A DNA stretch of 32,000 bases from Edaphobacter aggregans. Its GTDB lineage: Bacteria > Acidobacteriota > Terriglobia > Terriglobales > Acidobacteriaceae. The stretch covers positions 90,001-122,000 of the forward strand of contig NZ_RSDW01000001.1 in NCBI RefSeq assembly GCF_003945235.1. The letters run 5' to 3'. The notes under the pieces were generated by a model that was not told the DNA's origin, searched no databases, and saw only the letters and a list, made by a program, of their open reading frames with translations. The translations under genes were made by a program, and so were the position numbers. Shown piece by piece: positions 25,577 to 32,000 of this stretch (positions are counted from its first letter, which is position 1; the number at the start of each line of letters is the position of its first letter).

Positions 25577-25669
25577 ATGAACAGCACAATCTGCCCTTGC
25601 GGATCAGCCTGCACTTGCCCAAAACCCTGCCCATGCAACGAAGACTGCAACTGCCCTGCATGCAACTAA
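25577..25669 (+). CDS. metallothionein-like Cys-rich micro-protein (30 aa, 9 Cys); not in the supplied ORF track
   Basis: AAGGAG (25565-25570) lies 6 nt upstream of ATG 25577. Translation is MNSTICPCGSACTCPKPCPCNEDCNCPACN*. It has four evenly spaced CxC pairs (CPC-x3-CTC-x3-CPC-x3-CNC) plus a final Cys. All Cys codons are TGC, consistent with host GC3 bias. Confidence 0.6.
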   Translation: MNSTICPCGSACTCPKPCPCNEDCNCPACN

Positions 25670-25675
25670 CATCGT

Positions 25676-25700
25676 GCGGTGCGGACATCCTCCGCACCGC
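25676..25700 (+). terminator. GC-rich hairpin (10-bp perfect stem, 5-nt loop) between the micro-ORF and the sigma-factor gene; possible terminator or attenuator
   Basis: GCGGTGCGGA (25676-25685), loop CATCC, then TCCGCACCGC (25691-25700), followed by the pyrimidine/T-rich tcctcttc. It begins 7 nt after the micro-ORF stop. Confidence 0.45.
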
Positions 25701-25718
25701 TCCTCTTCAAAGGATTCC

Positions 25719-26252
25719 ATGGCATCAAGCCCAATCACCGGCCTAATCGACCAGAGAAAGCAGTTCCTCAACTTCGTCGAACGCCGCGTAGCCACCCGTG
25801 CCTGCGCCGAGGACATCATCCAGGCCGCGTACATTCGCGCCATGGAGCAGGCCTCCACCCTCCGCAGCGACGAATCCGCCGTCGCCTGGTTCTACCGCAT
25901 CCTCCGCAACGCCGTCATCGATCACTACCGCCACCTTTCCGCCGAAGATCGCGCTCTGGAGCAATGGGCCCGTGACCTATCCACTGAAGTTCAACCCGAC
26001 TCCTCCACCCAGAAGATCGTCTGCCAATGCATCGACAGCGTCCTCTCCACCCTTAAACCCGCCTACAGCCAGATCCTTCGCGAAGTCGACCTAGCCGAAG
26101 GCTCCCTCGAGTCATTCGCCAAACGATCCAGCATCACACCCGGCAACGCCGCCGTCAGAGCCCACCGCGCCCGTCAAGCGCTCAAGAAGCAGCTCATTCA
26201 AACCTGCCGCACCTGCGCCAAACACGGCTGCATCGACTGCACCTGCCCCTAA
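25719..26252 (+). CDS. ECF (sigma-70 family) sigma factor with Cys-rich C-terminal extension (CorE-like)
   Basis: Region 2 is DIIQAAYIRAMEQ...WFYRILRNAVIDHYR. Region 4 is AYSQILREVDLAEGSLESFAKRSSITPGNAAVRAHRARQALKKQL. The linker carries CxC (VCQCI, nt 26022-26030) and the tail is TCRTCAKHGCIDCTCP (5 Cys plus His, nt 26202-26249). ATG 25719 is preferred over GTG 25674, which lies at the foot of the hairpin. Confidence 0.8.
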   Translation: MASSPITGLIDQRKQFLNFVERRVATRACAEDIIQAAYIRAMEQASTLRSDESAVAWFYRILRNAVIDHYRHLSAEDRALEQWARDLSTEVQPDSSTQKIVCQCIDSVLSTLKPAYSQILREVDLAEGSLESFAKRSSITPGNAAVRAHRARQALKKQLIQTCRTCAKHGCIDCTCP

Positions 26253-27433
26253 GCCCTGCACTTCATCGCAGGATTATTCATCCCACCAAATAACTCCGCC
26301 TGCTTCAGCAGAATCGCCGCCTTCGTCTTCAAGTCCGACTGCAGATTCCAGTCCCCCATCTCATGGGTCCCACCCAGCAGCACACCATCTCGCCGCGAAA
26401 ACATATAGGTATTCTCATAAAGAGTCGCATAGGTCACCTCCGGCTGAGGAACCAGAAACGTAAGCTGTCCACGAATCGGCGTTAACTCCGCATCGTTGAA
26501 CAGCGCCTTAGCGCCTAGCCCCGTGCAGTTGAAAACCAACCGCTCCGACAGCGCCTTTACCTCATCCAGACTCCGCATCTCCCGCACTACCACCTTGCCG
26601 CCAGCAATCCGAACGTCCGTGAGCATCGCCGGCAGATAGATCGGCGGCTCCACAATCATCCCATCGAACTGCCGCACAAGTTTTGTCCCAAACGGATGTT
26701 CCCCTACGCTCAAATCTTTGATCTCAGGCAACAAGTCCTGAATCAAGCCAAACTGCCCACCCGTAATAGGCGAACGCCAAGGCTGATTCGCTATGAAGTA
26801 ATTCCGCATCCACCGAATCCCATACCGCGGGTCCGTCATAATCTGATACCGCCGATACCCATACCGAGCCGCCTTCACAAACTGCTCCGTAAACTCCGGT
26901 GTAAGCGTCTTGTCCGGGTCATACACGCTAGCCGGAAACCACTGTCCTCCCGCAATATTCGAAGTCGTCTCCGGTGGCAGAACCTTCGCATAAATCGTCA
27001 CCTCAAATCCAGCCTCTTGCACCAGCCGAGCCGTAGCCAACCCCACCGCTCCACACCCCAGCACCGCCACCGGCCCCACATGGCCAGGCAGTCCAAGATC
27101 AACCGCCAACTTCGAAGTCCCCCAACTCAACGTGATCCCCCCGCCGCCGTGCCCGTAGTTATGCACTACCGCAGTCTCGCCCACCATCTCCTTCGCCACT
27201 CTGAAACCCGAGGGCCGAAATGGCCGCAGTCCCACTACGGTCCGAATCTCCCGCTCCGGCGCAATCCGCACGGGAGGCAGGTGACAAGCCCGAACCGGCA
27301 GATTTTCCGGCACCATCATCCCAGCCGTTATCGCTCCTACCGGCTTCCTTACACACCCCACAAGCCCGCCGCCCGCCGCAAGAGACACCGCCGCCAAGTT
27401 CGCGTTCCGCAAGAAAACACGCCTGTTCATCAT
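26249..27433 (-). CDS. FAD-dependent oxidoreductase of the D-amino-acid oxidase (DAO) family, Tat-signal lipoprotein, motif order circularly permuted
   Basis: Tat motif NRRVFLR and lipobox LVGC (Cys31 in ORF numbering). GLRPFRPSGFRV...VVHNYGHGGGGITLSWG (nt 27143-27163) lies upstream of the Rossmann motif VAVLGCGAVGLATARLV (nt 27041-27058). Downstream are SNIAGGQWFP, YLPAMLTDVRIAGGKV, VFNCTGLGA and IRGQL. The ORF opens at TTG 27445, with ATGs at 27433 and 27430. Confidence 0.8.
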   Translation of the reverse strand: MMNRRVFLRNANLAAVSLAAGGGLVGCVRKPVGAITAGMMVPENLPVRACHLPPVRIAPEREIRTVVGLRPFRPSGFRVAKEMVGETAVVHNYGHGGGGITLSWGTSKLAVDLGLPGHVGPVAVLGCGAVGLATARLVQEAGFEVTIYAKVLPPETTSNIAGGQWFPASVYDPDKTLTPEFTEQFVKAARYGYRRYQIMTDPRYGIRWMRNYFIANQPWRSPITGGQFGLIQDLLPEIKDLSVGEHPFGTKLVRQFDGMIVEPPIYLPAMLTDVRIAGGKVVVREMRSLDEVKALSERLVFNCTGLGAKALFNDAELTPIRGQLTFLVPQPEVTYATLYENTYMFSRRDGVLLGGTHEMGDWNLQSDLKTKAAILLKQAELFGGMNNPAMKCRA

Positions 27434-27521
27434 TCGATTGCCCAAGTATGAGATTCGTGCCCTACCTCCACCCTACACGAACCTCCCTACACCGCCGCAA
27501 ACCAAAATCCCAAGCGAATCT

Positions 27522-29264
27522 CTACGGATAAGGAGGCCCTTTCGCCAGCACAGCCTCCAGCTTGCGATCATGGCCATAGAGGTCATCGAAGAAGTGAACG
27601 GTCCCATCCTCCTCCGCCACCGCTGTCACATACAGAAGCAGAACCGGAACGGGAGTCTTCAAATTTACCTGCTGATTATCCTTTCCCGAGTCCATCGCAG
27701 CCTGCGCCCTCTCCACCGTCCACTGCTGCCCCCCGTCTGGCTGATCCCGCAACAAAAACGCCGCCAACTCCGCGGGCTTCTCCACCCGTATGCACCCCGA
27801 ACTGAAGTCCCGTCGCGACTGCGAGAACAGCTCCGTAGACGGAGTACTGTGCAGATACACACTATGCGAGTTCGGAAACATGAACTTGATCAACCCCAAC
27901 GAGTTCTTCGGCCCCGGCTTCTGCCGGATCGAATACTTCCCCGACCTCAACCCCGCCGCCACATCGCCGCTCGCCGCAACCGGCCGCCCACCCGAATCCG
28001 TAACCTCAAACCGCTGGCTCTCAATGTAGCCGCTGCTCTTCTCGATCCCCGGAATCACCGACCTCCGCAAAATGCCCGGCGGCACATTCCAGTAAGGCCG
28101 AAACACGATGAACTTGATCGTGTCCGTAAACACCGGCGTCTGCGTAGGAGCAGCCTTCCCCACCACAACATTCATCGCCAGCGCGACCTTCTCCCCGCGC
28201 TCAAAAGCCCTCAGCCGAAACTCCGGAATATTCACCACCACCGGGGGCTGCGGAAACTCCGGCGGCAGCCACCTCCACCGCTCCAAAGCATTCGCCAGCT
28301 GTTGCACACGAACCGCCAGCGGAACATTCAACGCCTTCACCGTAGCCGCCCCCAGTTTCCCATCCGCCGCCAACCCATGCCTCACCTGAAAGCTCTTCAC
28401 CCCATCAGCAACTGCCGCGTCATAAGCCTGCACCTCTCCACCCGCCAGCATATCTCCCAACAACCGCAGCCGAGCCACCAGCGGCCCAACACCCGCATAG
28501 GCATCGCCCACCCCAACACCTTTCGTCACCTCCGGAACCTTCGGCCCATCACCCTTACCTTCAAGCTGCAGATACTGCTGCAGCGCCGCTTCCGTCCTCC
28601 GATACCCATCAAAAGGAGGCTCCACGCTATCCAGCACCGCCTGCACATCCGTCGCACGTACCACTTGCTGCAACACAAACTGCGGCAAATCATACTTCTT
28701 AGCCTGCACATCGATCCCAAAGTTGAAATGCTTCGGATTCACCCGCCCAATCCGCAAATCCGAGATATACCGCATCGCCGCAACCGTCAGCGCCGCATCG
28801 AACTCCGCCTTCTTCGCATCCGTAGCGCCACCCAGCGCCCCAACCCGCCCACTCCACCGCGAAGCATCATAATCCGCAGGATTCAATCCCTTCTGCACAC
28901 TAGCCTCAACCGCCTGAATCACCCCCAGAGCCGGCGCAGTAGGTTGATTCCCATTCAACCAAAGCGGAGCATAATTCGTAGCCTCATACACCGCTTGAAC
29001 ATGCTTGCGATAGTCGGAAAAGTTAGGCCGCTCCATTCCCTCCAGCCGCCCACTCGCTGCAATCTCCCTTAGCCGCGCCGACATCGCCGCCGAAACCGGA
29101 GCCATATCCTGTTCCTGCGTGGCTGCAGAAGCGCCCTTTGCCGCCGAACCGGCAGTACTTGCAACCTCAACCGGCCTCGAAGTCTGCGACGAAGAGCTGC
29201 ACCCAGCCAGCCACACCACCATCACCGGAACGCGAAGAAGCACCCCACGCATCGAACCAATCAT
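27522..29264 (-). CDS. murein L,D-transpeptidase (YcbB/LdtD-like) lipoprotein with PG-binding domain
   Basis: The YkuD catalytic motif is VYLHSTPSTELFSQSRRDFSSGCIRV. The PG_binding_1-like segment is VKSFQVRHGLAADGKLGAATVKAL. Lipobox is WLAGC. The ORF opens at GTG 29291, with ATGs at 29264 and 29252. Confidence 0.85.
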   Translation of the reverse strand: MIGSMRGVLLRVPVMVVWLAGCSSSSQTSRPVEVASTAGSAAKGASAATQEQDMAPVSAAMSARLREIAASGRLEGMERPNFSDYRKHVQAVYEATNYAPLWLNGNQPTAPALGVIQAVEASVQKGLNPADYDASRWSGRVGALGGATDAKKAEFDAALTVAAMRYISDLRIGRVNPKHFNFGIDVQAKKYDLPQFVLQQVVRATDVQAVLDSVEPPFDGYRRTEAALQQYLQLEGKGDGPKVPEVTKGVGVGDAYAGVGPLVARLRLLGDMLAGGEVQAYDAAVADGVKSFQVRHGLAADGKLGAATVKALNVPLAVRVQQLANALERWRWLPPEFPQPPVVVNIPEFRLRAFERGEKVALAMNVVVGKAAPTQTPVFTDTIKFIVFRPYWNVPPGILRRSVIPGIEKSSGYIESQRFEVTDSGGRPVAASGDVAAGLRSGKYSIRQKPGPKNSLGLIKFMFPNSHSVYLHSTPSTELFSQSRRDFSSGCIRVEKPAELAAFLLRDQPDGGQQWTVERAQAAMDSGKDNQQVNLKTPVPVLLLYVTAVAEEDGTVHFFDDLYGHDRKLEAVLAKGPPYP

Positions 29265-29407
29265 GCGCACATTAAGCACACTGCACCTCACAAAGGTTGC
29301 AGTTTGCTTTGACCGTGCTTTTGCCTCTGCAGTTGCTTCTGCCGTTGTCTTTGTTTTTCTCGCTTGGCATCCCGCAGGGATCTGCTTGGCCGTCGCCTTT
29401 GTTTTAC

Positions 29408-30511
29408 CTACTTCTCATCCCCATAAATTCCCACCTCCACCGTCCCACCCTCAGCAATCTTCGCCCGATACATCCCCTGCGTATTAAAACTCCAGGCCAT
29501 CTGTCCATCCGGAGCGATCGCAATCACACCGCCATCTCCATGAATCGCGCCCAACTCCTTCTGCACCACTTCATCCACCGCAGCCTGCAGCTTCATACCC
29601 TTGTACTGCACCAGCGAGCAGATCGTCCGAGCCACCGTCAGCCGGATAAAGTACTCCCCCGTCCCTGTAGCCGAAACCGCACACGACTCATTCGATGCAT
29701 ACGTACCCGCGCCAATAATCGGCGAATCCCCAACCCTATTCCACTTCTTTCCCTGAGTCCCACCCGTCGAAGTCCCCGCCGCAATATTCCCCTCGCGATC
29801 CAGCGCGACCACCCCGACTGTCCCGTACTTGTGAGCATTCGGTGGCTCAATGTCCGACACCGGAGCCGCAGGCTCAGGCGGAGCACCCGCAGGCCGCTGC
29901 GGCAGCGGAGCCCCCTCCTTCTTCAGCTGCTTAATCAAGCTCTGCCACCGCCGCTCCGTAAAGAAGTAGCTCGGATCCACCTGCTCCACCCCAACTGAAG
30001 CCGCAAACGCATCCGCCCCGCTCCCAATCAACATCACATGCGGAGAGTTCTCCATCACCGCCCGTGCCAGCGAGATCGGATTCTTCGTCCGAGTCACCCC
30101 CGCCACGGCCCCAGCCTTCAACGTAGCCCCATCCATCATCGCCGCGTCCAGCTCATTCTTCCCATCCGCCGTAAACACCGCACCCTTCCCGGCATTGAAC
30201 AGCGGATCGTCCTCCATAATCCGGATCGCCGCCTCCACCGCATCCATCGACGAGCCGCCCTTATCCAGAACACTCGCCGCAGCCTGAATCGACCGCGTCA
30301 GCGCCGCCCTATAAGCCGCATCCGTCTCCTTGCTCATCGACTTCCGCTCGATCACCCCCGCGCCCCCATGCAGCACCACCGCCCAGCGATGATCGCCCTT
30401 CGCCGCAGCAGCCGAAGCAGCCATCACCGTCGTTCCCGGCTGCACCATCACACCTGAAGCCACCAGCCCGACAAACACCAGAAAAGCGCAAATACGCACA
30501 TAGCGATTCAT
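29408..30511 (-). CDS. isoaspartyl peptidase / L-asparaginase (Ntn-hydrolase), secreted
   Basis: Motifs LHGGAG, HKYGTVGVVALD (Thr nucleophile) and SATGTGEYFIR, plus an N-terminal signal peptide MNRYVRICAFLVFVGLVASG. ATG 30511 has GAGGGAG ~7 nt upstream. The ORF opens at 30544. Confidence 0.85.
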   Translation of the reverse strand: MNRYVRICAFLVFVGLVASGVMVQPGTTVMAASAAAAKGDHRWAVVLHGGAGVIERKSMSKETDAAYRAALTRSIQAAASVLDKGGSSMDAVEAAIRIMEDDPLFNAGKGAVFTADGKNELDAAMMDGATLKAGAVAGVTRTKNPISLARAVMENSPHVMLIGSGADAFAASVGVEQVDPSYFFTERRWQSLIKQLKKEGAPLPQRPAGAPPEPAAPVSDIEPPNAHKYGTVGVVALDREGNIAAGTSTGGTQGKKWNRVGDSPIIGAGTYASNESCAVSATGTGEYFIRLTVARTICSLVQYKGMKLQAAVDEVVQKELGAIHGDGGVIAIAPDGQMAWSFNTQGMYRAKIAEGGTVEVGIYGDEK

Positions 30512-30729
30512 ACCAACTCCCTCAAAACGTCCAAATGAATCCACGAACCAGCAGTGTAACGCGCATCCTTGCTCTTCCCCACATTCCCGGGCGGCATTCC
30601 TTATCTCACGCGGAAACTGTACTCTTTCCCCATTTTCATCTAATGTATTGCCGTACCTTGTTTCCGCCGTTCCGGGCCTGAGTGAAGCGCGACCGCGTTC
30701 CCCAAAATCTCTAGGAAGGTATATCCATC

Positions 30730-31431
30730 ATGAAGAAAACCGCATTGCTCACATTGCTTTGCATGAGTGCGACCCTCCCGGCCCTGGCGCAAACCAAATT
30801 CGACGAACGCCTGGGCACCTCAACCGAAGTGCTCCGCCAAATGCTCGCCAGAACCGACGCCATTCCAAGAGATCTGCTTAACGAGGCGAGATGCGTCATG
30901 GTTTATCCCAACGTTAAAAAAGTAGGCGTCGGCCTGGGCGTAACCTACGGTCGAGGCGTACTCACCTGCCGCACTGGCCCCCACATGCAGGGCGAGTGGA
31001 GCGCTCCCGCGATGTACACCATGGATGTCGGCAGCTTGGGTGTGCAACTGGGCAGTTCCTCAACCGATTTTGTATTGCTCGTTATGAGCCAGCAGGGCGC
31101 GGACAAAGTTCTCGCTGGCGGGTTGAAGCTTGGCGCGGACGCCACGGCCATCGCTGGTCCATCGGGGGCCAGGGCAATCGGACACAACGACGTTAACGCG
31201 GATATCTACACCTACTCCAGGGCAAAAGGCGGCCTGTTCGCTGGAACCTCCTTAGGGACCGCATCCATGAAGTCCGACGATACCGCGAATAAGAATATTT
31301 ACGGCAGGCCTGTCGATGTACAGCAAATTGTCCGCGACGGCGCTGTTACCACTACGGCAGCAGGACAACCTCTGATCGATGTCCTGGAAAAGAATATCCC
31401 GGGAAGAGAAGAGACTCATAAACACAAGTAA
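30730..31431 (+). CDS. SYLF (Ysc84/DUF500) lipid-binding domain protein, secreted
   Basis: Signal peptide MKKTALLTLLCMSATLPALAQ. VGVGLGVTYGRGVL...WSAPAMYTMDVGSLGVQLG...DFVLLVMS...KLGADATAIAGP...IYTYSRAKGLFAG-type repeats are typical of the SYLF domain. Confidence 0.75.
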   Translation: MKKTALLTLLCMSATLPALAQTKFDERLGTSTEVLRQMLARTDAIPRDLLNEARCVMVYPNVKKVGVGLGVTYGRGVLTCRTGPHMQGEWSAPAMYTMDVGSLGVQLGSSSTDFVLLVMSQQGADKVLAGGLKLGADATAIAGPSGARAIGHNDVNADIYTYSRAKGGLFAGTSLGTASMKSDDTANKNIYGRPVDVQQIVRDGAVTTTAAGQPLIDVLEKNIPGREETHKHK

Positions 31432-31458
31432 GTTCAGTAAAGCGGTGCACTCTGCATT

Positions 31459-31500
31459 GGGTTGGATGTCGTCAATCAAGACCGTCCAACCCTTTTAATT
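31459..31500 (+). terminator. candidate rho-independent terminator after the SYLF gene
   Basis: GGGTTGGA (31459-31466) pairs with TCCAACCC (31485-31492). The loop is 18 nt and is followed by TTTTAATT. Confidence 0.45.
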
Positions 31501-31727
31501 CCTGATTCGACAGAAAGCACCAATCACTTCCCTGCCAACTCAAGCCCAACGAGACCGTCTGGTGTACGCACGGCTGCGACCAGATGCGATGAAGTTATCG
31601 GTCATCAACTGGTGTCCGTAAGACATTTATTTCCCATAATTTGCAAAGTCTTTCATCTTGCGGTGAGGGCAGGAACGGGGTACGCTTGGCCACTTCCCCT
31701 AATCTCGAAGTTCGGAGTTTTTGGCCT

Positions 31728-32000
31728 ATGATCGTCAACTTAAGTAAGTGGATCACTGCTTCACTCCTTGCCGTGGCTTTGCTCACCTCTAACCCAGCGC
31801 ATGCAGACAGCATCTGCACTGGCATCGCTGGCAACCTAGTCGCGAATTGTGGCTTCGAAAACGGATCCTCCGCTGGTCCGAATAGTTCAACCACCCCTGT
31901 GGGATGGACTGTAACTAACCCTTTCACCTATGAACAAGTCGTCAATTCTGCCTCGCTCGTCAACAGCGGGTCGTATGCGTATCGATTCGGGAATTTCGAG
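31728..32000 (+). CDS. secreted hypothetical protein, 3'-truncated at window edge
   Basis: ATG 31728 opens a frame that stays open to the window end. Translation is MIVNLSKWITASLLAVALLTSNPAHADSICTGIAGNLVANCGFENGSSAGP...VGWTV. It has a signal peptide and an NCGFENG...W motif common at the start of jelly-roll/CBM-like domains. Confidence 0.6.
   Translation, partial: MIVNLSKWITASLLAVALLTSNPAHADSICTGIAGNLVANCGFENGSSAGPNSSTTPVGWTVTNPFTYEQVVNSASLVNSGSYAYRFGNFE

Noticed and set aside
25674-25718. GTG 25674 as the sigma-factor start (as in the ORF track)
   Set aside because: The codon lies at the 5' foot of the 10-bp hairpin, 4 nt after the micro-ORF stop. The added 15 residues are not sigma-like. 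ATG 25719 is preferred.
27438-29072. 544-aa + strand ORF (Arg/His/Pro/Gln-rich: ...RRHIAARRNRPPTRIRNLKP...)
   Set aside because: It is exactly antisense to the well-supported L,D-transpeptidase gene. It is low-complexity, has no domain motifs and no RBS. This is a typical shadow ORF in high-GC DNA.
1-32000. Search by eye for CRISPR repeats, tRNA/rRNA genes, transposase/integrase genes, att-like direct repeats and prophage head or lysis genes
   Set aside because: None was recognised. No regularly spaced repeats and no cloverleaf-like GC-rich 75-nt islands appear in the intergenic regions. No DDE or tyrosine-recombinase motifs appear in any ORF. Long-range direct repeats cannot be excluded without computation.

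Overview
High-GC bacterial chromosomal segment. The gene content looks like a soil Acidobacteriota-type genome, but that is inference only. All family names come from motif recognition by eye, since no searches could be run.

**nt 1-19538 (+ strand): contractile injection system operon.** This is the distal part of one long, tightly coupled operon for a phage-tail-like contractile injection system (eCIS/PLTS, Afp/PVC-like).
- Structural genes, in order: an Afp15-type AAA+ ATPase, a tube-family adaptor, a LysM/gpX-like protein, a gpD/gp27-like hub, a gp5/Vgr spike, a PAAR-like tip and gp25.
- These are followed by two large gp6/baseplate-J-like wedge proteins, a P2 gpI-like tail protein and a large fibre-position protein.
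- Two accessory genes close the operon: a DxD (GT-A-like) protein, and a 674-aa chimera with an N-terminal DUF4157 (HExxH) domain, a hydrophobic helix block and a C-terminal domain carrying the HAE...PCxxC deaminase signature.
- Sheath and tube genes must lie upstream of the window. No capsid, terminase, integrase or lysis genes are present.

**nt 19654-21225 (- strand).** A second DUF4157 protein with an unassignable C-terminus converges on the operon end. It sits downstream of a 1039-aa Ser/Thr kinase with a TM helix and a TPR-like ectodomain.

**nt 24.7-32 kb: housekeeping and accessory genes.**
- A HAD hydrolase.
- An unlisted 30-aa, 9-Cys metallothionein-like micro-ORF, followed by a GC-rich hairpin and a CorE-like ECF sigma factor with a Cys-rich tail.
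- A Tat-signal lipoprotein of the D-amino-acid-oxidase family whose motifs are in circularly permuted order.
- A YcbB-type L,D-transpeptidase lipoprotein, an isoaspartyl peptidase/asparaginase, a SYLF-domain protein and the 5' end of a secreted protein.

No rRNA, tRNA, CRISPR array or transposase was recognised.
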